A DNA stretch of 63,918 bases from Catajapyx aquilonaris (taxonomy: Eukaryota), in assembly GCA_000934665.2 (NCBI GenBank), contig KZ538000.1, forward strand, positions 62,083-126,000. The letters are read 5' to 3'. Within the stretch, counting starts at the first letter, position 1, and each line of letters starts with the position of its first letter. Below the pieces are notes generated by a model that worked only from the letters and a program-made list of their open reading frames with translations, had not been told where the DNA came from and made no database searches. The translations under genes and the position numbers were made by a program. This document shows positions 54,801-63,918 of the stretch, in pieces.

Positions 54801-57800
54801 GAAAAATGGCACATTATGTTGATTGATGAAAATTGCGTGAAGAAGTGCAACTAAGAAACTGACTCATCTGTTTTCACATATTTTGACAGTAATATCAGAC
54901 ACCACTAAAATAATGCAAAATGCAATATAACCGGAGCTGACGAACGCGGCGTGTGAGGGAAACGTTTACAAAAAATGCCTTGCTTTGTTTTATAATACGT
55001 AGAACCAACATGTTATCTAATCTCCAAGCTTTATTTCAAATATTTTGCCTCTCCCGAAAATTATGCGACCCTCTCAGCCACAGTATAGACTCTAGAGTAG
55101 CCTTGTGGCCAATTCTCTCCTGCTGCATTAGCCAGTAAAATTGCCATGAGAAATTAATATTTTGATGATTTGCAGCCCACTTGGGCGATGTACTGCAGAA
55201 TACCACAGTTTAATATTTATAAACACATGGTTTATCGGAATTATGTTTACATGGAGACTGTTACCCCTGCAGCTGTGCTTATGCTCCAATTTAAGCATGT
55301 ACTTATTCTGATTATCTGGTGGTACTTTAAAGCTTTATTCTTAGTGGAAAGAGTTTTGAGGGGTTTTTACTCTAACAGTTAAAATTCATTAGCAGCGAAG
55401 TGATTAAATAGAGTCAGGCAATTTAAAGGAGGATTTGAAAAGTACACAGTGCTATCACGCATTGTACTTTTTCAGAGGGGGGGTCAGGTATATGAACTGG
55501 ATGGGGAGGGGGTAAAATCCCCACCCCCCAACTCCCCCGTCAATTCAAGCCCTGCACGATTTTGCCAATATGCCATCCTAATCTAATACCCTTTGTATGT
55601 TTCCTTTATTCCTATTATATGTTGTAGTTCAGTGAAGGAAAATCCTCTATTGTTTTTGTGTCTGCCTTTCTATAGTTGAGACAAGGACTTTTTAAAAGCT
55701 GTCAGTGGAGTATAAACCCGCCTATCTTGGCACAGTGTATCCCGGGGAACAATCCCAAAACATAAAAACAATGAAGCATCATTAGTTCCCAAAATGGTAA
55801 AATGTTTTCAAACTTCAATGTTCAACAGGAAACCCGATAACCATTATTTGATTTACCCTCCAGGGCACACTGAGGAACTTGCAGAAACAGAATGGATAAT
55901 TACAGAGGAGAAAACCCAAACACGACGTAAAAGAAACCCACCTCAGAGTTTATAACTTCTTTAGGGGCACACTGTGCTGCTGTAAAAGTAACAAAACATA
56001 CGCAGTTATAGGAAAATTGCGTTACAGTACTGCCTTCAGTTACAGGAAAAAGAGTATAAGCTGATGATCTTATACTCGTAAGCATTAATTTGATTTATAT
56101 TTGGTATCGAGCGTGTATACTGCAAGATTGCAGTGGAAGTCTGGCGGAAATTTCACAAGAAATCACCATTTAAGGGAGTCTAAAATTTCCCTTTCATGTT
56201 AGAGTATCCCATAACTCCCCCAAACTTCCGATGCACTCTTGCAGTAAACGACCCATAAATAATATATTTGTAAGCAGGTTAGCACAATACGCCAAAGATC
56301 ATGAATAACAATAGAAAAATATATTGCACATATCAAACTGATTAAAGGCTCATTAACTCATTACCAGTGATACCATGATTTTTATGTTTATAGCCTAAAT
56401 GTCAACAAGGCCCACGCTTTTTCTTCATATTGATCACACTTGGTACATCTGTTCGCATACTTTTGAGTACATGAACATTTGGACAAATCCGTCTTGCTGA
56501 GTGCCTGAGTCGTGTCCCCACCCGAGCGCTTCCTTCCCATAATAGGCAAAAAGTATAGTTTGAGCGTAGACCTTCCTTGGGAACGATAAAAGAACACACT
56601 GAATTGCCAGCGCAATGTAAAGACGAGGAACCTGCTCAGAAGAGGTGTACTGTTACTCTATTTCGTATAAATTCATCGGTTTTTACGTGCCCTATACAGA
56701 ATAATATTGTCCAATACTGGAGGCTGAAAAATTGTGAGGATACCGTATAACTTATGGAAAAAAAGCTTCTAAACATTTTTAACCTTACGCACAGAAGTAA
56801 TTTTTATATTATGATCGAAATGACCGTGCCATCAAGACAAATAATTTTTACACCTATGCGATGTGAAGGTTATGAGTGATGGTACGATTTTGCACTTTGG
56901 AGTTGACGCGTCTTCTGCTGGGGAAAAAAACTACATGAAAAGACACTAATGCAATTCGATTGCATAGCGCCAGTAGGCTGTACCTTTGTCCACGGTCTTA
57001 TAATACTCAAGTCTGGTCACTCTCCCTCTTATCGCGTTCAGGGGGTTGACGCGGTGGCAGTGCGTTCTTTGGCCGCTGTGGCGCTGACCTGCTGCAGCGA
57101 TTGCCGCGTGCCTAGCGGGGCTCCTTTGCATTTCATGGAAGACACGGTAGCAGCACAGTAGATTTCGGTAGATTTCGTGCATGGTCTTAGAATACTCAGG
57201 TCTGGTCACTCCCACTTATCGCCTGCAGGGGCGTTTTGCATGAGGTGCTCACTTGAGAGCGCCATGAGACAGCTTTCACTGCTGTAATATGTGGCGACCC
57301 TACCGGACCGCGCTGAACTTAGGTAGAAGGGTCATGCGGGCCCAACATGACCGCCGGCGACCATGTTGGGTCCCCCAATGTATTAATGTATTATTAAGGG
57401 TCGCCACATATTACAGCAGTGAAAGTTGTCTCATGGCGCTCTCAAGTGAGCACCTCATGCAAAACGCCCCGGCAGGCGATAAGATAAGACTATAGGGGTA
57501 GTGTCCGTGGGCTGATTTCGTGTCTTCTATTAAATGTATCTTTGACCGCTAGGTTCGCGGAAATCGCCGCAGCAGTTCAGCGCTGCAGCGGCCAAAAAAT
57601 GCATTACCTCCCCGACAACCCCCTGAAGGGGGATATATCTCGTAGAGCCGGGGTACGAGTGTCAGGGGGCTGCCTTTGTCTAAAACAGCGCCAGTAGGCT
57701 ATATCTCTGTCTAAAACTTTTTTGTCAATAAAATATATTAAGACAACTAGGCGAGTCAAAGTTGAGGTGATGAATATTGGACATATTTTATGCCAATACT

Positions 57801-60800
57801 GTGAGAATGACACTTTACCATCCCATATCTGCGAAACTACCTGATATGAGGATACAGGCAATATCTTTATTGTGTCAGCTGAAACTAGCCCAGGAATGGT
57901 GGACATTTTGCCAGTGGAAATAGACACCATGATCTCACTTCTTTGTGGACCAATCTTAACTATGGAAGCGGCATTTTGTCACACACATCGTATATTTCAT
58001 ATAGGCCTACATGTTGAGATAAAAGAAATATTTCAATTGGAAGTAGCTTTTTCGGGCCCAAGAGCAAAATGCAATGCAAAACCTCATAAGGGAACCAGAC
58101 ACCAATTACTCCCAAACATAATTGCAATATTAATTTTTTAGAGTTATCAGGGTATGCAGGAGTCTGGCAGGAGTATATTACCTTCTTATACATTGAAAAA
58201 TACAATTAATTCGATCAAAATTAACCGAGTTACAGCTGTTTTACACTGTTTTGGCGCACGAGTAGGAAGATCGATGTCCACCATTCCTGGCGACTGTCAA
58301 ACGACAGTACAGCCTGAATGGCAGTCTCTCAAACCGAATGTGCCCCTTGCTGTACTATCTATGATATTGTGACATCTCTAATGCAGACAAAATAATGTGC
58401 CTCATTCTAATATTTCAATGGACCTTATCTGTCGGTTTCAGTTGAGAAGCACAGCATTGACGTGACCATTACTGAAAGCAATGGCCTGGAACAAAGTTGC
58501 CCATGTACTCACTTGTCTAAAGCATGTTATGAAGAAAGAAAGAACAACCATTTTGCCTTCTCCACGAAGATTTTTGGTGTAAATTATGCTTGATATAGCA
58601 TACTAGGAAAGTGAAAGCTACTGCATGCTGAGCTTGGTACTGTACATGTACTGTACAGTACAGGGGTCAGAATGCTGCAAATTTTGCAACTTGTCAAGTT
58701 TTCAATGGCCACAGAAGGGGCCAGGAACCTGAAATTTAAAAAAAAAAATCATTTTATGGCATAGCTTATATGTCAGGCGATTGACCGTTTTTTGAGTAAC
58801 ATATTCTTTAATAAGACTGGAATTTAATGAACGTTAACAAGTTTTCGCATGCTGCAACCCATATGCCAGTATCATACCTTATTAAATGTAGGTTAAGGTT
58901 TACATGGCCTTCTATGGTAATTCAGTTTAAATATGAAAAAGCAATGGGTTAGCAACTATTTTAGGCTACACCGGATCTATGGCATTGCTATAGGAATATA
59001 TGGTAAATTTAAGGTCACATATGTGGGCACGTAGGAGTTATCAGTTGTAAATACCGCGTATTTCAGAATTTAGCTGGTGTCCGTGGCGGTTGAAACGCCC
59101 CGCGTTGGTTTCTCGAAAGAGGCATGGTAGGCCCTATAGTACATGTCCTACCAAACTTGAGGTCATGAGTTCGATCTCCTAGCCGAGAGACAATGATATA
59201 ATTATTATCTCATGTAATGGGAAAATACAATCCAACTTCGTGCAAAGAAATTGCAACAGCAATCATACAAGTATTTTGGATCACTCTGTGCATTGAGCAT
59301 TGAGGATTCTCGGAAATAAAACTATTCACCAATACCTAATGTAGCTAAAATATGAAACACCCTGTAAAGCTAGTGATTAGTCCAGTCGTTCCCAACCTTT
59401 TCGCCATGACGCCCCCTTTACGTTTTCACCAAACGCTCACTTCCCCCCCCCCCCCCTCCGGTCCTCGTCCGGTCCCAATAAATTTCAGCAAGGGTTTCTT
59501 GAAAGATATTCTTATAACTGAGGAATGAAAACATGTCGAAATAGGGGAAACAACAGAATGGTCAACAAGCCTGCCGCAGGCGAAAATTTGTTGGGTTCAA
59601 GGTCACACATGTTTAGGTGAATATAGCTGACAAAGCACAATGGAATCTTCCTATACTGTAAGCACATCGGATACAAGCAAGTAGGAAAGTCGGTCCCTTC
59701 ATATTTCCAGCAGCGCCAAGCGGGAACATGTTACATTATTTTACTTATTTCTCATAGCCTCACGCCCCCCCAGTTGGGAACCACTGGATTAGTCTCAAGC
59801 GCGTTACGTGATTATGCCTGCAGCACATCATGATTGTCTGGCCACTCGTATGTTTTCTTTCCATTGCTTTAAATCGCCAACAACTTCTTACATGCTTAGG
59901 CCTACTGACTCGTGAGGGTATAGGTGAAGCGATGCACTACCTTGTACAGTACCGGTACTAGTAAATCAAATCACTAACTAGTTGCCTAGTTGGTAATTTT
60001 GCTGCAACAAATGCACCTCAGTAAGACAGGAACTTGCGATGCTCCCACGTCCCACCTGCCCATTGAATAATTTTATTTACATTTAAAGAAGCCATTTCAT
60101 ATAATAATATTTCCATAACTCGACTGAATAGGGAAAACTCATAAAGAACTTACTACAAGGGTTCCCAACCTTTTTGCATCCAAGACTCCCCCCCCATCAC
60201 CTAAAATTTGTCCACGGCCCCCTTGCAAAAGTAACAAACAGTAAGTCGAACTTCCCTAAGTCGAAGTTCTCTGTAAGTCGAAGAAAATTATGAGCTTGGT
60301 TGGTAACAATGTAAAATAATAGGAAATAAACTTCCCTAACTCGAAGTTCTCCATAACTCGAAGTGCAGGCAGGGCCTTATGATGGGATATCAATGCATTT
60401 TCAGTCTCCATAAGTCGAAGTTCATGTTGGCGAGTACGGACAATTGTCTCATTTCCCAGCCGAAGGGTCGAGAGTAGGCCACATGTACAGAAAGGCTCAA
60501 TTTCCTGATCTCCGTCTGCCAGATGTACCGAAAGAAGTGTTTGACTCGATTGTGACAATTGAATCCTTGAATCTAAAAGTAGGCAAAAATCCATAACAGA
60601 GATTTTCTTACAACAATACAATGAGGAACATTGATAGTGACAGTTATCTTTAAGTTTTGAACACCTTTCGTCGCTGGATATAAAGGTATAGAGGCTTCCT
60701 TATATAGTTTATGTGATTTAAAAATTCCGAACTTCTCCAACTCGAATCTTCTATATCTGAGTGTATTTTTCTGGTCCCATTGAGATTCGACTTCTAGAAG

Positions 60801-62518
60801 TTTCACACTAAAAACCAAATGGTAGAATACCTCTCACGGCCCCCCTGGACCTGCTCCATGGCGGCCCCTTGGGGGGTCGCCACCCCCAGGTTGGGAACCA
60901 CGGACTTACTATTTGCCATGTAGATAGAAAAACGCAACGCACAATAAGTGTCACTGTACAACAGGAATGAGAGCCGTGTATTTCCATATCATGAATATTG
61001 AATGATCTACTGAATTACTACTTTAATTAATTCGAGTACCGTCCATTAGACGTGCTTGGTAACATTTCCGCACCGCTTCATACCACTTATTCTGCATTTA
61101 CACCATATTGATTGGGCAAAGCCTCATTTTAAATCTAAAATCTGAACCGAGTACGGCGAAAAATTCCAGGTGTTCACCTTTAGTGGCACGAATTACCTCG
61201 CGAATGCCGTACTTTCCCCCAAAACAAAGAACAACAAACTCCACATTAGCGCCGCTTTCCAAACTAAAAAAGTTTCCCTCTCCAAAAAATCTCATCACCA
61301 AAGCCCACAAGCTCATGCCATTCTCTAATCCCAGTCTTACAATACCGCTCAAAGTGGAGTGAAAGCACATAATCCATAAATTTTAAAGTACCGCGCGCAC
61401 ACGAGCGAGCGCCTGCCAACTCAGGCAATTAACAAANNNNCCCCCCCCCCCCAAAAAAAAAAATCTATCCCAGGAAGAGTGATCATCAGTGCATGCCTAT
61501 CTCCGTATTTCCAGGTGGACGAATTCGGAACGGTGCAGCCGCACACCCTGATCCGACAGCACTTGGACTACAGTCATTGGTATGACAGGTCCAAGCTGAC
61601 CCTGAAGGATATCCACAACGTCCAGTATGTGGCATGTATGAACCCGACCTCAGGAAGCTTCACCATCAACCCCAGATTGCAGAGACATTTTTGTGTGTTT
61701 GCTGTCAGGTAGTGGCACCATTCGGGTCAATTACGTCGTTGTCGTAAGCTTCAAAGGGGATTCAGTGGCACAAAGCTGGCAAATCTGTTGCATGTAGTGT
61801 AAAGCACCTTTGGAGTCGAGACTGTAAAAGGTGGATGCACAAACACCAATTTGCGACGCGTTATACGTTTCCACCGAGGCTGTTTAGCTGATAAATGCTT
61901 TGTAATCACACCAAACTGGCAGCGATCCGGAATGTCCACTGGTGGGGGACTGCCAATATCGTACGGTCGGCTATGTCATCGGAGCTTTTTGTTAGCACCA
62001 CAGCTGAGGTTGGCGTTCGTTGCCGCCAGTACTTTATATCGACGGGTTTAAGGCAATACTGGCCTTATGGGGCACAAAACTGGCTGAGAGCTCAGAGAGT
62101 GAATCAAAAAATTGTTGCCATTCACAGAGAGCCAGGATGTACTTTATTATCAGATATTTGTAATGTTCACTCTTAAAGCACCATGAACTGGCAGTAGTTA
62201 CTGAATGGCACATCGAGTTCATAAAAATATCTGATCATGTTGCCTTGTGCGTTATTTGTAACATTATATATCAATTGTGTTTGTTTGTTTTTACACAGCT
62301 TTCCAGGTCAGGAAGCCCTCCACACCATCTACAACTCGATTCTGGGTCAGTTCCTGAGTGCTCCTCACAATAAGTTCCTGCCCAACGTCCAACGCTTGTC
62401 ATCTAACATTGTCAACGCAGCGATTGCCTTACACATCAAAGTGGCTCACACTTTCCTACCAACGGCACTCAAGTTCCATTACATTTTTAACTTGAGGGAT
62501 TTATCCAACATATTCCAG
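12591..62518 (+). CDS. DNAH9/11/17-like: Axonemal dynein heavy chain, outer-arm beta type (ciliary dynein beta chain; Dhc93AB-like); 44 coding exons in window, 3'-truncated by window end
   Basis: Spliced exons total 8004 nt with consistent phases. Contains DHC_N1/N2 tail, linker, AAA1 GPAGTGKT (37763-37786) plus [12 protein letters not shown]2 GNAGMGKT and AAA3 GNAGCGKT. Beta-type motifs include [17 protein letters not shown] and [13 protein letters not shown]. Confidence 0.96.
14067..14263 (+). CDS. dynein HC exon 2
   Basis: [23 protein letters not shown]...[12 protein letters not shown]. Confidence 0.85.
14357..14493 (+). CDS. dynein HC exon 3
   Basis: [13 protein letters not shown]...GLNPTP; AG/GT. 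Confidence 0.88.
14562..14714 (+). CDS. dynein HC exon 4
   Basis: [19 protein letters not shown]...; AG/GT. Confidence 0.88.
14876..15104 (-). mobile_element. tRNA-derived SINE with V-domain-like core and (ACCA)n tail
   Basis: Minus strand: A-box-like TGATGTAGTGG, B-box GAGTTCGATCCC, core GTTCTCCCCGTGTTTGCGTGGGTTTTCTCGGGGTTCTCCCGTTTCCTCCCAC. Confidence 0.8.
15821..16032 (+). CDS. dynein HC exon 5
   Basis: [15 protein letters not shown]...[12 protein letters not shown]. Confidence 0.88.
16088..16185 (+). CDS. dynein HC exon 6
   Basis: [21 protein letters not shown]. Confidence 0.85.
16249..16384 (+). CDS. dynein HC exon 7
   Basis: [23 protein letters not shown]. Confidence 0.85.
17674..17958 (+). 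CDS. dynein HC exon 8
   Basis: [12 protein letters not shown]...[19 protein letters not shown]. Confidence 0.9.
18128..18238 (+). CDS. dynein HC exon 9
   Basis: [18 protein letters not shown]. Confidence 0.85.
18996..19150 (+). CDS. dynein HC exon 10
   Basis: [17 protein letters not shown] (conserved NMPP..G..W); AG/GT; not in the ORF track. Confidence 0.87.
19620..19812 (+). CDS. dynein HC exon 11
   Basis: KKYWDL...FESW...ANFHPE; AG/GT. Confidence 0.85.
19886..20022 (+). CDS. dynein HC exon 12 (GC donor)
   Basis: [11 protein letters not shown]...NLELAVEW; donor TG|GCAAGC. Confidence 0.85.
20520..20638 (+). CDS. dynein HC exon 13
   Basis: [16 protein letters not shown]...VDWNHD; weak donor G|GTCCAG. 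Confidence 0.83.
20865..21060 (+). CDS. dynein HC exon 14
   Basis: RVEKAQHNV...[14 protein letters not shown]. Confidence 0.9.
21727..21885 (+). CDS. dynein HC exon 15
   Basis: [19 protein letters not shown]. Confidence 0.9.
22518..22740 (+). CDS. dynein HC exon 16 (GC donor)
   Basis: SLGYLMDNT...PLFEIQL...FKPSL; donor AAG|GCGAGT. Confidence 0.87.
23392..23846. mobile_element. putative TIR element with internal GAGTACCA tandem repeats
   Basis: AAGAAGGTGATGAC ... GTTATCACCATTCTT inverted ends; repeats at ~23441-23546. Confidence 0.4.
24767..24805. repeat. (GA)n microsatellite
   Basis: Perfect GA run. Confidence 0.95.
25871..25948 (+). CDS. dynein HC exon 17
   Basis: [24 protein letters not shown]. 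Confidence 0.8.
26024..26203 (+). CDS. dynein HC exon 18 (GC donor)
   Basis: [18 protein letters not shown]...[10 protein letters not shown]; donor GAG|GCAAGA. Confidence 0.88.
26260..26429 (+). CDS. dynein HC exon 19
   Basis: [32 protein letters not shown]. Confidence 0.92.
27545..27767 (+). CDS. dynein HC exon 20
   Basis: EGDYEKLV...[19 protein letters not shown]. Confidence 0.92.
27828..27997 (+). CDS. dynein HC exon 21
   Basis: [31 protein letters not shown]. Confidence 0.9.
28197..28362 (+). CDS. dynein HC exon 22
   Basis: [30 protein letters not shown]. Confidence 0.9.
28911..29346. mobile_element. Tc1/mariner-type MITE
   Basis: ~105-bp imperfect TIRs beginning CAGGG(T/C)GTTCATGAACAA; TA on both flanks. 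Confidence 0.85.
29372..30558. mobile_element. Tc1/pogo-type MITE hosting nested insertions
   Basis: TA-CACTGTACTCCCGATT..TCCGG ... CCGGATAATCGGGAGTACAGTG-TA. Confidence 0.75.
29499..30254. mobile_element. nested TA-flanked MITE, itself interrupted by CA-repeat-flanked elements with (CCTAA)n
   Basis: ~55-bp TIRs CTATCGGGTTCAAATA..TTTGGCCAC..TATCCTGGTCTTGAAGC; TA flanks. Confidence 0.8.
31100..31223 (+). CDS. dynein HC exon 23
   Basis: QLWDY...[30 protein letters not shown]. Confidence 0.92.
31296..31444 (+). CDS. dynein HC exon 24
   Basis: LDKEMRNWD...[16 protein letters not shown]. Confidence 0.93.
32644..33114 (+). CDS. dynein HC exon 25
   Basis: [11 protein letters not shown]...[26 protein letters not shown]. 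Confidence 0.95.
34081..34307 (+). CDS. dynein HC exon 26
   Basis: [37 protein letters not shown] acceptor. Confidence 0.92.
34531..34660 (+). CDS. dynein HC exon 27
   Basis: [14 protein letters not shown]...[12 protein letters not shown]. Confidence 0.92.
35896..36036 (-). mobile_element. degraded second copy of the V-domain SINE
   Basis: Shares CCCGAGAAAACCCAC, AGAACCCATC and ACCCGGGGATCGAACT with 14876-15104. Confidence 0.65.
36160..36393 (+). CDS. dynein HC exon 28
   Basis: VEVWLNRL...[23 protein letters not shown]. Confidence 0.95.
36540..36718 (+). CDS. dynein HC exon 29
   Basis: [18 protein letters not shown]...[13 protein letters not shown]. Confidence 0.95.
37305..37440 (+). CDS. 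dynein HC exon 30
   Basis: [28 protein letters not shown]. Confidence 0.96.
37730..37864 (+). CDS. dynein HC exon 31 (AAA1 Walker A)
   Basis: [19 protein letters not shown]...[13 protein letters not shown]. Confidence 0.97.
37947..38066 (+). CDS. dynein HC exon 32 (AAA1 Walker B)
   Basis: [32 protein letters not shown]. Confidence 0.97.
38215..38339. mobile_element. PIF/Harbinger-like hairpin MITE
   Basis: Near-perfect palindrome GATTGCACCAAC...GTTGGTGCAATC; 3-bp TGA direct repeats. Confidence 0.7.
39524..39666 (+). CDS. dynein HC exon 33
   Basis: [26 protein letters not shown]. Confidence 0.97.
39920..40121 (+). CDS. dynein HC exon 34
   Basis: RPCAMVVPD...[22 protein letters not shown]. 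Confidence 0.97.
40571..40795 (+). CDS. dynein HC exon 35
   Basis: [17 protein letters not shown]...DLFP; AG/GT. Confidence 0.96.
40947..41157 (+). CDS. dynein HC exon 36 (AAA2 Walker A)
   Basis: [16 protein letters not shown]...[17 protein letters not shown]. Confidence 0.97.
41742..42170 (+). mobile_element. DINE-1/Helentron-associated non-autonomous element, copy 1
   Basis: AACAAG terminus, (GACA/GACG)n tract, terminal stem-loop AAGGCTTTTT..AAAAAGTCTT; homologous to 51305-51786. Confidence 0.7.
43683..43977. mobile_element. foldback/MITE-like palindromic element
   Basis: CCAGCCCCCCGCAACTCCCT ... AGGGAGTTGCGGGGGGCTGG plus inner inverted arms (TATCCCCGGATGTGGAG / CTCCACATCCGGGGATA). Confidence 0.7.
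44242..44369 (+). CDS. dynein HC exon 37
   Basis: [28 protein letters not shown]. Confidence 0.97.
45019..45167 (+). CDS. dynein HC exon 38
   Basis: [10 protein letters not shown]...[14 protein letters not shown]. Confidence 0.97.
45748..46164 (-). mobile_element. full-length tRNA-derived SINE with (TTA)n tail and 13-bp TSD
   Basis: A box TGGCGCTGCGG, B box GGTTCGATCCC, (ATA)n at ~45746-45823 on the plus strand, TSD CGTTGAATAGATA at 45735-45747 and 46165-46177. Confidence 0.88.
47257..47539 (+). CDS. dynein HC exon 39
   Basis: [10 protein letters not shown]...[18 protein letters not shown]. Confidence 0.95.
47597..47770 (+). CDS. dynein HC exon 40
   Basis: [32 protein letters not shown]. 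Confidence 0.95.
48430..48622 (+). CDS. dynein HC exon 41 (AAA3 Walker A)
   Basis: [13 protein letters not shown]...[13 protein letters not shown]. Confidence 0.96.
49866..49978 (+). CDS. dynein HC exon 42
   Basis: [35 protein letters not shown]. Confidence 0.96.
51305..51786 (+). mobile_element. DINE-1/Helentron-associated non-autonomous element, copy 2
   Basis: Same termini and ~300-bp shared body as 41742-42170. Confidence 0.7.
54568..54723. mobile_element. palindromic MITE, copy 1
   Basis: Near-complete hairpin; homologous to 63565-63726. Confidence 0.75.
57028..57636. mobile_element. nested foldback element (outer arms ~57028-57147/57520-57636; inner element 57215-57483)
   Basis: Inner ~86-bp near-perfect inverted arms; outer diverged ~115-bp arms. 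Confidence 0.7.
59383..59786. mobile_element. hAT (Charlie-like) MITE
   Basis: TIR CAGTCGTTCCCAAC / GTTGGGAACCACTG; perfect 8-bp TSD GATTAGTC. Confidence 0.9.
60156..60903. mobile_element. hAT (Charlie-like) MITE with a nested pogo/Tigger-like MITE (~60240-60810)
   Basis: TIR CAAGGGTTCCCAACC / GGTTGGGAACCACGG; 8-bp TSD ACTTACTA; internal repeated TAA(G/C)TCGAAG motifs. Confidence 0.85.
61515..61708 (+). CDS. dynein HC exon 43
   Basis: [19 protein letters not shown]...[23 protein letters not shown]. Confidence 0.96.
62299..62518 (+). CDS. dynein HC exon 44 (last in window)
   Basis: [26 protein letters not shown]. Confidence 0.96.
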
Positions 62519-63291
62519 GTAGGCTTACATGCATTACAGGTCGGTGCATGGAGTTTGTTACAGGGAACTCAGCCGAAAGTACTGTACAGTGTACAGTGTT
62601 TGAGGTATGGGCATTGATCAAATAGTGTCTCAGGTGATAGGTGGTAATCAGCTGTGAGGGTGAAATCTTTCGCAATGTTCAGAATGCAAACCGGTTTTCG
62701 ATATTGAAGTCGAATATAAAGCGGATAGTACAGACGTGACCCATTCTGTAGGCGTTCCTGCAGAAAGCATCTCAATTTTTTTATTATAATGCATACTGGT
62801 GGTTATATTATGCAGACCGTAGCAGATTGCGGCTTCCGCCAAGTTGTCGCATTCAAGATATCAGCATATCTCGGGTTACTGTATAGGCTACAGTACACAG
62901 AACAGCGAGGGATTCGACTTTCCGCTTGCCAGATAATCCAATATCTGGCTTTTTTGAGGCGGAAGAAAGGAGTGCAACTCTGGAATTTTAAACTTAAATA
63001 TTTAGCATTATGTCACAAAGGACGCATAATTACTATAACTTCAGTCACATCCGTTAGTGGATCCAAATTCATCACAGGCGAAGCACGTGGCATTCTGCAT
63101 TTTACATGAATTTCCTTCACGGCTGCATTTCCAAATTTTTAAATAAATGTTTCAGGGTCAATTAATATAGGTTGTTAATATTAAATATACGTATCAGTAC
63201 AGGGTGACCAAAAAGTCTGGACACGTAGGTAATATTGTTTTGTAGGGTGGCACAACTGGCAGGTTGTCACATCTTGTCTTCCTAGAACTCA

Positions 63292-63443
63292 AGCGCCATT
63301 TACATGTGAGCCATTTGACGAGCGAAATCTTCGCCTAGGCTACGTAACCAAAGGAACCAATATTGTTTGAGGCGAAAATTGATTGTTAATTTCAGCCTCG
63401 GCGATGACTTCGCTCGTCAAATCGCTTACATGTTAACGCCCCT
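63292..63443. mobile_element. PIF/Harbinger-like MITE
   Basis: Inverted arms ACATGTGAGCCATTTGACGAGCGAA / TTCGCTCGTCAAATCGCTTACATGT; 3-bp TCA direct repeats. Confidence 0.7.
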
Positions 63444-63564
63444 TCAACATTTACTGACTATCAACAACCTGCCAGTTGTGCCAACCCGCAATACAATAAT
63501 TATTACTTATGCATCCAGACTTTGGGTTACCCTGTAGAATGCAAGTTATTTTCGAAGACTTGTA

Positions 63565-63726
63565 CAGTGCTGGCCATATATGGAGGCAACGACTAGCGAC
63601 ATTTTTCCGAAGCGGCAGAAGAAGGAATCTTGCTCGCCCGTCTTGTAGCATGCTTATCTTCGATTCCTTCTTCTGCCGCTTCGGGAAAATGTCGCTAGTC
63701 GTTGCCTCCATATATGGCCAGCAATG
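63565..63726. mobile_element. palindromic MITE, copy 2
   Basis: TA-CAGTGCTGGCCATATATGGAGGCAAC ... GTTGCCTCCATATATGGCCAGCAATG-TA. Confidence 0.82.
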
Positions 63727-63918
63727 TACCAAAGTAAATTTTTGGATGTCTTACCATATTTGGAATAATAAAACTAATTTTGAAATTCGACACTGCATCA
63801 CTAGAAACGTATGCCTACTGCATGAGAGAAGTCATAAGACTCTTGACTCATAATTTAATTTTCCCGCATGCAGGGTGGTGCATTGCATAAATGACGCCTC
63901 CAACAATTGGGCTGGCTA

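Overview
Eukaryotic genomic DNA from a protostome animal, probably an arthropod (inferred). Two head-to-head genes dominate. (1) On the minus strand, an intronless divergent ionotropic receptor (IR/iGluR-like chemoreceptor), 10087-12282. (2) On the plus strand, the 5' ~60% of an axonemal outer-arm beta-type dynein heavy chain (DNAH9/11/17 family). I traced it by hand as 44 coding exons, 12591-62518: 8004 nt or 2668 codons, all intron phases consistent, with P-loops of AAA1-AAA3. The gene continues past the window end. The start codons are about 310 bp apart and flank a near-palindromic RFX X-box (GTTGTCGTGGCAAC). A perfect splice donor sits right after the IR signal-peptide ATG, and four canonical minus-strand exon candidates lie downstream of the IR (8057-9598). 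This suggests a hidden spliced transcript that holds the IR ORF in its first intron. Three dynein introns need GC donors. Introns contain many MITEs (Tc1/mariner-, hAT- and Harbinger-like), tRNA-SINEs (one with a V-domain), DINE-1-like elements and microsatellites, several of them nested. No database searches were run; family calls rest on recognised motifs.
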